In this document: positions 12,135 through 25,200 of the stretch, one piece after another
Numbering within the stretch: the first letter of the stretch is position 1
How the letters are laid out: every line of letters begins with the position of its first letter
Assembly (NCBI GenBank): GCA_903813345.2
Contig: CAIIXF020000001.1
Location: forward strand, 29,512,001-29,576,000
DNA: 64,000 bases
Direction: 5' to 3'
Origin: Owenia fusiformis
Lineage: Eukaryota
Program-made: the position numbers and the translations under genes
The notes under the pieces: model-generated
What the model was told of the DNA's origin: nothing
The model's database searches: none
What the model saw: the letters and a program-made list of their open reading frames with translations, nothing else

Positions 12135-14077
12135 ATGCCAAGATTTGGAGGTAAAAATCACTTTCTATTTTTAACAATGGATATTTGTATTATTTTCTTG
12201 ACTATCATGGAAAAAACTTTGGGACATCTGCCCATGATAATTATTAGTTAATTAACTCATTCTTGTCAGCATAAGTTATTGTGTTTTAATGGGTTTTATT
12301 GTAAGAGAGATGTGATTATAGAGAATTGCTTAAATTGTCATTGTTTGGAATACATGTATTTAGTTACTGTACGCCCGGTATTATTCGCGTGCGATTAACT
12401 TTCGCGCTTTTCGCGATGGTGTTAAAATCGCGAAAAATTATCGTCGCGAAATTGCCAATTAAATCCCCGGGATTGTTCACGTGATCGTAGCCTGCAATTT
12501 GATTGGACATCATATACTGAGGAATCCCCGAATACGATAAAATACAGTATGAAGTACGGTAAAGTTATTATGGGAGCCACGCACTTTTGCTTTAATATTA
12601 AAAATGACGATGCAATAGAGGTTGATATGCAGCTTGCCGATGATAAAGATCCCAGTTATTGTAAATCTCATCCAAATATGACATCAGGTAAGTGCAATTA
12701 CTGTACATTTAACTTAATTTACACACGAGTAGCTCGAGAATTCCTGGAATACTAGTAGTAATGCATTTCAAACTTGTGAAATTCGCGAAATTTAATAGCC
12801 GCGAAACCGTGTTTTCGCAAAATTCGCGAAATTAAAGCTCGCGAATAATACCGGGCGTACAGTATATATAATATCAGCTAATACTTGTAAACAACAACAA
12901 AAAGACCAAAAAGGCCAGATCAGAATATCATTTTCTTTGTGAAAGAAGTTCAAAAAAGATTTGGAACCCTCCCTTTAAAAGCTTATGTGGATATTGAAAT
13001 GACATAAATGGGACATGAAAGTATACTTTTTACTCCTTGTAAAAATAAATCCGTAACCACTACATTATGTTCTATTTCAGCTCCAAAAAGAGGGGCAAAT
13101 GGTTGGGGGAAGGGACTGGTAGATTACAAGACCGTGCAAGTCACTGATCTCAAACTTCGATTAATGTTGGAAGATTTGGCCACACACTTTGGCAAGAAGA
13201 TTACTCTTCTGGATGGAGATTGTGAAAATGCATTGAACAAACACAATGTTTCATGCTATCTGGATAGTGTAGATTCTCAGGTAACAAGCTATAGATTCAC
13301 TTTAGCCTATAATATAGAGGCATTTGCACAATGTTTTTAGCGTATTCAATGTATCTAAAATCTGTAACGCATTCACCAGATTTATGCGTAGGCTTAGCAG
13401 TTCAATTAAATCAAGATGCACTTTGGCGTATGTTTTAGCTATAACCCCTTGTGTGAAACCTCTCTAATACTTTGGTCAAACCACTTATACTGGGTCTTGA
13501 ACCCCATTAGCGCTATTATAAAGTTAGAATTCTTTATGAACATAAGGGAGTATAAGTGACATTGTAATAGAAGCTATTTGAAATATTGTATCGAATAGTC
13601 CTCTCATCCCCCAAATTGAATTCACTCGATGGCAACATTATCATTCAGTATTCACTATTTTATTTATTTGGCAGTCATTACGTAACCATAGGCATTACTG
13701 AGCATATCCAGCAACCCATATCTTTTCCCAAATTAAAGGATGTTTTGTTTTACAAGCTTCAATATTATATGGTCTGATCTTTTTTATGCAGCCTAAATCA
13801 AGATCGCATGTATTTTCAGCACATCATGGGCAGAGCAGTTGACATAAAGATTTCGGGGGAGACCTCTGGCTTCTCAGTAATGCAGAAGTTACGGTGGAGT
13901 GGTGTTATTCCATTAAATGACTATCAAATAGTATGCCATGAACACAATGGAGACATGGAGGACTTTCACATACACTTGGCAAGGTTTGGAGACAATAGAC
14001 CAACATGTTGGATAATGCAAAAAGGACATGAATGCAAGCAGGAACATAATTGTTCAAAGACTTGTTCTATAAAGTGA
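12135..14077 (+). CDS. Small Hedgehog/DD-peptidase-fold (peptidase M15-like, LAS Zn-site) protein, ~157 aa, 3 exons
   Basis: Exons 13081-13280 (ttcag|...cag|gtaac) and 13820-14077 (ttttcag|...TGA) join in phase to give ...LMLEDLATHFGKKITLLDGD...DSQ|HIMGRAVDIKISG...MEDFHIHLARF..., i.e. H-x6-D plus H-x-H. The candidate first exon 12135-12150 (aaccATGCCAAGATTTGGAG|gtaaaa) has the right phase but is tentative. Confidence 0.75.
12365..12864. mobile_element. ~500-bp MITE with perfect 25-bp TIRs (outer TA probably the TSD)
   Basis: TACTGTACGCCCGGTATTATTCGCG at 12365 and CGCGAATAATACCGGGCGTACAGTA ending at 12864, with multiple subterminal TTCGCG/CGCGAA motifs. Confidence 0.9.
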
Positions 14078-16284
14078 AACCATTGGTGGAAGGTGTATAC
14101 AGGTGACGAGATATGACCATGGAAACTTTCATACACAATACGTGCAACAGAATCATATGATTCAGTTGTATAATGTTGGCATTGCAATATTCTCTCAACT
14201 CAGAATTTTCAGCACTTCATTAATAATCATTGATTTAGAACATCAGTTAAAACAAAATCATTCTTAACCTTACTCAACCAAACCTGTCATTGAAGGGGAA
14301 TTTCTTTTGATTAAATCAGAAACCTCATATTAGGAAAATATAATGGATATATCATTGTTTTAGTTGTCATAGTAATTTACTTGGGCCAGAGCACATTTCC
14401 CAAAAATAATTTGGCTACTATGTCATTATATTGTTCGGTTATGTGTTTATTCTCATGGAATGTCATGATTTCATAAATAGCAGGACTAGTCCAATGTTCT
14501 CTATTTACTTGAATTCTCCAAGTCTGCTATTTATGAAATCATGAACTTTTATTTATCTCTAAACATTATATTTAAACATTGAAGTAAGTTCAGGTTAAAG
14601 AAAGATGTTCTAGGTGAGTTGAAAAATAATTTGACTTGGACAATAAGGAATATTTCTCAATGATACTTGCTTTGTTATATTACTGGTAACAATGAAGGGC
14701 TGATAATGAGTCTCAAGGTTTAAAAGACCTCTAAAACAAAACAAGTGTATATTTTTGTAATAAAAGTAACAAAATAAATATATTGCAAACTTTAAATAGC
14801 AAATGCTCATCCTGTACATTTAACTAGAGACTAATTTTATGTCTCTGATTTAACACAATGACAATACTCAATATGCTCATCTAGCAGAGTAGATAACATT
14901 GAGCTAATAATATTCTGAAGTAAGTACTATAAAACAGGAAATTTGGATGGTTTTTCCATCTCCATTTTTGAGATCATTATTTTCAAAAATGTAAAATCAG
15001 ATTATACAATGTATACATACCATGGGGTGGAGATGTCTAATTTTGGTAAAGAAAAAAATCCTTGGTACAGAGCCAGAGCAATTCATCTACTCTTAACCAG
15101 CTCTTACTGTTTTTTAAATAAAACAAAATTCCAGCAGAAAAATGACTGATTTAGTCATTGTATGGAGTGTTTTATATTGTTTAAAATGGAGCAGATATTA
15201 GGTATAAATCAAACATCTTGGTAAAATGTCATGCTCCGTGTCTTTGGCAAAATTAGATGTCCCCACCCACTGTATTGAAGCCTTTCACAAAATCAACCTT
15301 ATTCTAGAAAATGCAATGAAAACGTGGTAGGCTTCATAGTAGGCTATAGCAAGGGTATTTCTTGTCAGCTACATATTTTACAATATTTAACAATATCAGA
15401 CAATTTAGGCATTAGCGTACAATTTTTGTCATTGAGCTGATTAAAAATTCAATAATGAATTAAAATACAATGATGTAACATATTCATAACGAAATGTTTT
15501 CTGTATCTTTAATTTATACCATATTCTCCCATTTTCAACTTGTTTTTACCTAGATAACTGCCTCCCAAAAGATTCAAGATAACCTGCGTCTTCACAATAA
15601 TAGCACATGAAAGGTCAACTTGATTTAAAATCTTATCCTACGTATGCCTAACTAAAATGATTTGAAAATGCTGTTATAGTTGAGACAAAAGTTTTAAAAC
15701 AAATTGCTTTAATGGTGAAGTTAAATAAAAGTAATATTAGGCAGTTAATGAATACCTCACGAGGTATTTACTCTAAGAGTTAATGGTATAGAATAACCTT
15801 ACAAGTTACATACATGTACAATTCACAAATATAGCACCATCTATCAACTACAACATTAAATATTAATAAGTAGTTGTCAATAAAAGATATAATAATATCA
15901 ACAAATACAATCATCAAATCAATCATTAAAGAACAAAACTATAAAATATAAAGTCTATATACAGTCTTCATAAACATCATATAATTGTAAACATAAACTT
16001 GTATAAAATATGTAATAAATACACCAAACAAAGTACATATTAAATTAAGTTAACAAGGCATTAACATGACAAAATATCACCACCTAGCTGCAGTAACAAA
16101 ACTGTAACCATGTGCTACAAAGGCCCATGTGATGGTTATTAGTTGATGGTTATAAATATAAATAAAGCAACAATAAATATAAATTGTCCTGAGGATATTT
16201 ATCTATTAATACATAATATAGGCAAACCTATTAATATAGTCATTATACAATCAGTTCATGTAAAAAATAAAATAATTTTAAATC

Positions 16285-19200
16285 TTATAATTCATTGTCA
16301 CCAAAGTCAAAATCTGAACTACCTTCATAATGGTCTGCCTCAGATTGACTTGCCTTGGATTTTTGAGACAATGATTTCACAATGGTATTGAAATCAAAAT
16401 CTTGACTGGACTGATCACCCTTTGTTTTTGATCTTGTTGATCTTTGGCTTGAGTTAATGTCAAAATCTTGACTTAATTCCTGTTTAGCCTTTGACCTTCC
16501 AGATTTTCCAGACTTTTGACTGAGATTGTCAAAATTCTGACTTTCTTGGCATAATACTTGCTTTGCTTTTGACCTTCCAGATTTTCCAGACTTTTGACTA
16601 AGATTGTCAAAATCTTGGCTTTCTTTGCTTAATTCCTGTTTTGCTTTTGACCTTCCAGATTTTCCAGACTTTTGACTAAGATTGTCAAAATTTGGACTTT
16701 CTTGGCTTAATTCCTGTTTTGCCTTTGACCTTCCACAATTTCCAGACTTTTGACTAAGATTGTCAAAATCTTGACTTTCTTGGCTTAATTCCTGTTTTGC
16801 CTTTGACCTTTCAGATTTTCCAGACTTTTGACTAAGATTGTCAAAATCTTGACTTTCTTGGCTTAATTCCTGTTTTGCCTTTGACCTTTCAGATTTTCCA
16901 GACTTTTGACTAAGATTGTCAAAATCTTGACTTTCTTGGCTTAATTCCTGTTTTGCCTTTGACCTTTCAGATTTTCCAGACTTTTGATTAAGATTGTCAA
17001 AATCTTGACTTTCTTGGCTTAATTCCTGTTTTGCTTTTGACCTTCCAGATTTTCCAGACTTTTGACTGAGATTATCAAAGTCTTGACTTTCCTTGTTTTC
17101 CTTTGATCTTGCAGATTTTCTTAACCTTTGACTCAGATTGTCAAGATCTTGACTTTCTTGATCTATCTTTGACCTTACAGATTTTTTTGACTTTTGACTC
17201 AGATTGTCAAAATCTTGACTTTCTTGATCTATCTTTGACCTTACAGATTTTCCAGAATTTTGACTCAGATTGTCAAAATCTTGACTTTCTTGATCTATCT
17301 TTGACCTTACAGATTTTCCAGAATTTTGGCTAAGATTGTCAAAATCTTGACTTTCCCGATTTATCTTTGACTTTCCAGATTTTTCCGACTTTTGACTCTT
17401 ACATGTCTTAGAATCTTTCTTTTCCTGTTTCGATAGGCAGATAGCTTTCGCAGATTTATCAGATTTCTGGCTTAGATCATTAAAATTGTGACAATTTTGT
17501 TGAGGCAGTGTTTTAGTTTTACATGACCTTTCCAACACATGGTTGATTTCGTTTTCGGGGGATTCGGGTTTGGAATTTGATCTCAATGATTTCTGGCTTG
17601 CTACTTCATTCTTGCTTGCTATTTCGTTCTCCTCTAGTTTATCCATCTGTTTTACGTTATCATCATCTTCATTAATTTGATCTCTATTTGCTTTCTTTAC
17701 AGCTGGAAATTTCTTTTTTGAAGATTTTGACCTCTTATTTGAACCTGATTTAGATTTTTTACAAACCCCTGAATTCATTTCAATTTTATCATAATCAATA
17801 GAATCCTGTTCAAGTATGTTTTCAATTTTTCTTTTTAATTTATCAGTGTCATCAGGTGCCTTAGTGTCAGTGTGATCATCTGGGGCATCTGGGTTATCAA
17901 TCTCCATTGTGAATACCTCACCATCCAACTCTAGACTAAGAGTGACAGATTTACCAGAGCACACTATCTTATCTTCTTCCTCATCACTACCAGCGTGGTC
18001 AACATTATCATCAGGTTCAGTGTCCATCTTAATAAAGTCTTTCTTGTCCATTTTAGGTTTCTTTGAGAGGAATGTTGGCTTACGTATGGTCAATGGGTTT
18101 GTTACCATCTTGATGTTTGCTGGTATTTGGGGCTTCTTTGAAGATCGTTTTTTGCTTGTTGATGCTTCATCAAGGTTGGAATGTTTACGCTTTTTACGTG
18201 GTTTCTCATCTGCGGATGATTCTGAAGAGAAAGTTCATAAATGTACATTGCAGCAAACATATTTTACCACAAGCCCAGTTTGGTGCCCACAAATATCTAA
18301 AATGACAATTTATCTCTATCATAGTTTCAATTCAGGTATGAATATAGAAATATTAACACTGGAACTACCAGCAAAGTATGCATCTTTTAAAGAGAACCTA
18401 GCAAAGTATGCATCTTTTAAAGAGAACCTAGCACTGAATTATTTTAACCTTTAGTTTTCTTCAACAGTGACTTTTCTTCCTTGTGTTTCTTTGATTTCTT
18501 TGGTTTCTTCTTTTTTGGACTATCATCCTCATCAAACAAAAACTCATCCTTTTCTGTAAACACACATTACATTATTTCTTTACAAAATTCAGAGCAGCTT
18601 ATATTTGACCTATCAATATTTGTGCCCAAGACATGTGCAAATACAAGGGATACATGCACCTTTCCTTGTTTAAAAAAGGCTCTGACTATGTACGATTTTT
18701 TTTATAAAACTATAATATTCACATAAAAGAAGATTTGTAACATTCTATTGATATAGATAGTGCAAAGAAATTTGTAATCAGTTTTAGGAACTGAGCCCCT
18801 ATTACTAAATGTGCATCAAGAAAAAAAACAAATTAAGTTTTTGTACCATCAACTTCATTTGAGAGTAGGTCATCATCAAGGTCCATGGAATTAAGGATGT
18901 CTTCAGCCTGGTCAAGGATATCATCAGCTCTACCCAGCATATCATCTACATCAGCATCACTCATTATGGTAGCTGTAGACTCTGACCTCTTACTCTTTTT
19001 GCGTCTATGACTCTTTATACGCTTGGACACAGAGGCTAGAGTAAAAGAGAACGTGTAAGACTAGAGGATAACATTTTGGGAAAATGGATTGAACCAGTAA
19101 TTTTAATATTAACAGCAAGGTGAATGAATATGCTTGTATGATATATCACTAGACAGTGCATGTATGCTCTACATCTACATAAGCCATCATCAAGAATGCA

Positions 19201-22200
19201 ATTCAATTTACATGTATACAGATTCTATTGTACTCTACGAATTGCTGTTTTGTACATAATTTTGTGCATTTATCAAAGGATTTGGAAGACATCTCACCTT
19301 TATTTTTGTCTTCTTGGGAGTCAAGTACATCTCCCCATTTACCTTTATACCTCTGGCAAAAGCTGAACTCTGCAAGTCTCTCCTGGAAAGTGAAGAAAAG
19401 AGAAAATCAAAAGATGCTATAATATCTGCATGCAACAGTAAAATCTGTGTAAGTTGAACACATTTGGTACCTCGAAAATATGTTCCACTTGTTAAGTGTT
19501 CTACTTAGAGTTTAATTTTACATTGAGTCAAAGGGTCATGGGACTCCAAAGTCTTCCATTTACAATGATGTTCCAATAACAAAGGTGTTTCAACTGACAG
19601 GTTTACTGTAATTCTGTTCATTGCTCCACTCACCATAGGACAATATCCTAAATACATGGAACAATATAAAAAGATGACTGAAACAGATTTCCTTTCTCTC
19701 CTTTGCATATTCTCTCTTATATGCTGATCTTGCATTTCAAGTTATCCCCACGGGTTATTAAGAAACACTCAAAAAAGGTTCATACTACTGTACTGTGTTT
19801 GAAACTGATGGCACAATACAATAGCAATGGACTTTTCATTTCAGGAATACTTTTATCAAGACTAAACTGACATGATGTCTCATTCATCCTCTAATGACAA
19901 TTAGGTTACAATAAGAAGATGCCAGTCTTATTTCTTATTTTATAACTTGTTTTTTCTTGATATACCATTGATAATTTTATTACCTTGATGCCCATAGAAT
20001 AAGCCCTCATTGCTTTGGTCCTTGCCAATGTCACTTCTTTCCTGTAGTCATGGTTGCGAACTTTGAACTGAAGAATAAAACATGAATGTTTTTCATACAA
20101 TTCAAGCTTCTCTTTTCATATTATTTTTGATTCTTGCAGAAAAACTTTTCTCATGAATCAATAAAGATAATGGTAAAACTATGCATACAGAAAGTGCAAA
20201 CAATATCACATGGGTTGTGTTCAAGGAAAAATAGTGAGTGTTGTTGCAGTAATTAAATCACTTAAGAAAGCAAAATGTGACATACAGAGCCCAGTTGTTC
20301 TGAGGTCTCAGCTCCAGTAAAGTTGCGAATGTTTGATACACGAATCCAAGCTCTCGTCACCTTGTCATCAAAGAATACAACATGGTAGTGACTCTGAAAG
20401 AAGACAAGGAATAACAGTCTACATTTGTGCAGTATTTGTACAATAAAACAGTCCTCAAAGTCCAACCACCTTCAAAGAGAAACTCTTCTATACTATACTT
20501 GAACACCCCAGATCTTCAAGAGCACCCAAAACATAAATATTCCTCATATAGTCAAGTGGAACAATCCTGTCTCAGAGTACACCTCCCAACTCAAACATAA
20601 AATAATCAACCCTGATCTCACAATTCCCATGAGTGGTTTTACTGACGTCATCCTAATGGTTATAAAAGAAAATAACAAAAAATACATTCACCAACCAATG
20701 TTTTATTGTATACGTGTACATGTGTAATGTAGCCAAAACTTTTAAAGTGTTTTGGAATAATCAGTGATTTTATACAACTTACTGGTGACATGCTGTCTCC
20801 AGGTAAGACACCAGTCAGCTCACAATATGTCTCATTATCAGGATCAATCTCAACCATAGCTGGCCAACTGGAAATGAACAAATGGGTAAATAGTTATTTG
20901 GGTGCTTTAATTTACTACACTTAATTAAAACCTATCAGTTACTGAGTAGTTCACTATTGCTTCAACACTGCTCCTATTTAAATAATATGACCTCGGCAAA
21001 GTATCTTTGAACTGATCCCACAACAGAATGCAACAGAATATTGGTTCAACATACAGTAAAACCTGTCTAAGTGATAACCTTTGGTTCCTCTGAAGTGTTC
21101 TATTTGGGAGAGGTTCCACTAATAGAGGTTCATTTAAAATTAATCAGTTGGTCTTTGGACTCTGCGAAGTGTTCAAATTACAGAAGTGTTCCACTTTACA
21201 GGTTTCATTGTAATTCAGTTTCATTTTGGGAGGTTGTGAGCTTAAGAGCATTAAATTCAAATGGGCAATCGTTTTTTCTCAAATAGAAGATGAAAAGGAA
21301 AGAGTAAAAATATAGTAACTCACTAAGGAAAGCCATCCATTTTTGCCCATACAAGTGAACCTTCAGTAAACTTGGTGTAAATGAAGTCTTTCTCATGGGC
21401 CTCTCTGTCCCAATCCACCTCAGCCACATCACAACTATTATGTTGCATATCTGAAATAACACTTTAGAAATCACTTTTCATTGAATGTAATCTCAGATCA
21501 TGAATCCCATAATCATGGTCCAGTGATATACTTTTCAAAAATCATTACTGGTATCCAAATCAATTTCAATATGCCATCATGAAAGTGGACTAGCAGAAAT
21601 TTAAATACAGTTTTATGAAATACCACTGATGTTGATATCAACTTTAAATTATCAGTTTGTTCTATGACATACACAGAAGTGGTTTTGTTTTCAAATGATA
21701 CTGTATGACCCCAAAACAGGCCTGACCAATTTTTTCTTTTTGGGATCAACCAGTATATACATAAAAATAAATAAATGATTCATTCATTCTCTGTAGACAA
21801 CTGTGTATAATCTGTTGTACCTTTGCTCATGTTACATGTCCAGGTATCTGGTAGGCTAGCTGGGTCATGTATGTAATCTAGATATCGCCATTTCATACAA
21901 TTCCTCTCACTGCACTGCACCCAAGTACCTGCAAAAATATTCAAAACATTGCATGATATTTCAGTAGAGGAAAATTTTGAAAAAACCATTCCAAGACTTT
22001 AGACTGCAAACGGTGCAGAACTTTTGAACCAACCCTCGTATATAGATAGTCATCCTCAATGAAACAATAAATGTAGATAAATGCCTCAAATAAAGAAACA
22101 ATTGTATGTAGATAATTATCCTGTCCACCAATTTATGACTTTTCATACCTACCAGTTTCTGTCAGTGGTCTTTCTTGCATTTGTTTTTTCTTTGAAACTT

Positions 22201-25200
22201 TCTTCTGGTGAACTTGTTTCATAATTGTTTTCTCTGGAAAACAAATATTAACGATTCATAACTGTGATCTTCCTACAACTAACATATTCTATTATCTTCT
22301 TAAAAATGACTTCACTGTAGAAGAATAGACAAAAATTGCCACAAAATTTAAAATAATGGATCGCTTCAGCATAATTTTGTCATTTATTTCTTGCATGCAG
22401 GTACAGTATATAGTGAAAAGTGGCTCTGTTTAGGGATTTGTCGATGTTCTGATATGAGCTACTTATGGCTGTTAATCTACAAATAAACCATTATATTGCT
22501 ACATAAATAAAGATGCACAAATAGAAAGTCAAGACATACCTTTAGGTTTTCTTTGTGCCTTTAATTTTGGAGGTTTCATGGATGTTGAGCTGTCATTGAG
22601 GGCAGGTTCAGGGGAGTTGAGGGTGCTAGATACAGGGGTAATCTCATTCACCTGACTCAGCACTGCAGCCCTGGAGCAGTCGGAAGTATTTTTCAAGATT
22701 TACAAATAGTTGGTCATTTATAGGATAAATCTGATAATAATGTTATGCCAATATATGAGATTTGTTTTATAATGTTTATGGTGCTATATGGAAAAAGGAC
22801 CATTCAACCACACATTTCCAATTTGTCTCTTAAGACCTACAGACCTGATTTCTGTTGGCAATTTATCCTCATCGATGTCTCCTTGGTCAGAGTCTTCATC
22901 TTCTTCATACTCCTCCTCCTCATCATCATCTCCAGCTTCATTATTGTCTACTCTGGGGGCCTCAGCTTCCACTGGATCCACTACAGAGCAGGCACATATT
23001 TCAAACATCAATACATTTGGAGTTTTATATGGATAAACTGGCAATCAGATGAGTTGTGTATGTATGAATTTCATAGATTCTGTATCTCTTTTCACCAATA
23101 TATCTTTATATATATTTATTACCCAAATGTAGATGTACCTAAATCTTCTCCCAAGACAGAAAGTCCAGCTTCCAAAACTGCTTCGAAATCATCTTCTATT
23201 TTTTGACTCAGAACTGGATCCATATTCTCTTCATCCACAAAATTCCCACAGTCATTGTTATCACAGTCTTCAGTGATGGTTACCTCACCTTTATTAGCCT
23301 CATTATTTTCAGTAGTTTCTACTCCATCTTCTTTCGCTTCTACAATTGCATCATTAAATTTAGTTTGCGTTTAGCAATGTAACATTTGTTTCATTGAGGA
23401 AGATATTTGAAACTAAAAAATGAATGACTTTAAATTGAGTAGTTAAAGTAGTAGACATACTGATTGCACAAATAAAGGGTGACAATGAGTGACAAAAAAT
23501 GTTGGCTTTAACCACTTGATGGTACTAACTAAAAAAAACTTTCATAAAAAAAGTAATTAATTGGTTACACTGTACGTCCTGCCTATTGTTTTAGAGATGT
23601 GAATTGCTTAAGCCAATATTTGATACTAAGGAGCTTGGATTAATATGAATGAGGTTAGGACATGGACTTTCCATAAGCCAATTGTTAAAGCATGGAACAT
23701 CCCACCCACAGTTAATTACCCAATTTTATAATCTGTTTTTATTAATTCCCATGACACTAATGCTTTCTTCCAATTAAGCTGACCAGTTGAGATAATCTAG
23801 AGATTGACACTTTTTTGGAGATAATAGAAATGTATCTATTATGTCATGTTGAGGCAAATCTCTAAAATGTTTAAGTGAAACAAACTTGCAGATTTTATGC
23901 ACTCTATATGAAAATATAAATAAACTTATAAAGCTTAATTCAATCTCATGTTCTTAATGTTCAAGTAATCACAAAATAAAATGCTCATAACAATAAATAT
24001 ATGCTTATTCAGTATTTTCTGGATTGGCCCAGACAATAGACCATCTCTATATGGAACACCTGTCAATAAGGAACAGTTTTGTCCAGTTCGAAGTGCGCTC
24101 CATGTTTGCAGGTTTTACTGTACTGTATAGAACTAATGTGACAGAGAAATCTCAAGTTATTACAGAATCAAAGAATTCCGCTGTTCAGGTGATCAATTTT
24201 GCAGTGAGATACAAAGTAATACCTTCATGAATTAACAGCATGAAGCTACTTGGTACATACACCCCATCTGATTTCTTTGTATTGAAATAAACATATTTCA
24301 ATTACTTTGATCATCTTAGTGTTTTATAAACTTGCCTGGTGTAAAGGAAAGATCACCACTTGTAACTCGCTCTTGTACAGCTGCAAACAGTTCATCGTAC
24401 TCTGCATCAGTGTAAGTGTGTACAGGTTTCACCGGGGTCTTTTCCTTCTATATAAATACATTGGAAATTGTATTGCATTGTTTATTGACAGACCTTATAT
24501 ATTACATACTTCAGATGCTAGCCAGGGGACACTGAGGTCCATGCGACCACCCTTTCCCTCACAAGTTTGCAACATTTGTAGATGGATGGAAGTTTAATTT
24601 GCGGGGTCTGCATTTGTTTTTTACACAGATCAGGAATAAATAGATTTTGCATATGTTCATAAAAAGCAAATCAGCAATATTCACCTTTTTTGATACCTTT
24701 GATGGGGTGCTTCTGGGAACCTTGGCTTTAACCTTTTGAGGAGTTTCATTTCCTTTCCCTTCCTCATTGATTTCCTTTAATGGAGTATTCTTACACGTGG
24801 CACCTTTCACTTTCTTTGCTGGTGTCTTTTTTACTATCTTCTCGGGAGTTATGTTTTCATCCGTTTTCTTTTCATGTGTCTTCTTCGGTGTTTTGATCTT
24901 TGGTACCTCATGCTCCAATTCCTATATTGTGCACATGTGTGTACAGTATGATATTAATTTGTATGAACTATGAATCTTTAATGTTTGCTACAACCCAACC
25001 AAAACACTTTACTATGATATTTTGAGACATGTTGTTACTTTTTTTCAAAAGTCAACTTTTTAATATTTTCAGAAAATTTCCAAAACTACTTTCAAAGTCA
25101 TGACAAATTGAATTTAGATAGTTAGAAATCCCTGACCCAACTTCGTCTACGTCTATGTCAATAATCTGCAAGAGGCTAATAAGCCCATATAAAGCAGATA

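Noticed and set aside
12549-12755. 68-aa ORF as the first exon of the M15-like gene
   Set aside because: It lies entirely inside the 12365-12864 MITE. A GTAAGT donor near 12688 would also be phase-compatible, so exonisation is not excluded, but the non-repetitive 12135-12150 exon is more parsimonious.
13081-14077. Calling the M15-like gene hedgehog
   Set aside because: There is no Hint domain, no CGPGR N-terminus and no GFDWV motif, and the intron positions differ. Only the zinc-site motifs are shared.
18369-18433. 30-bp exact tandem duplication in a ZCWPW1 intron
   Set aside because: It is a simple local slippage duplication with no further structure.
17909-18454. 181-aa plus-strand ORF (similarly 29766-30227, 33272-33751 and 22745-23206)
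   Set aside because: These are antisense shadows of low-complexity ZCWPW1 or MEPCE exons.
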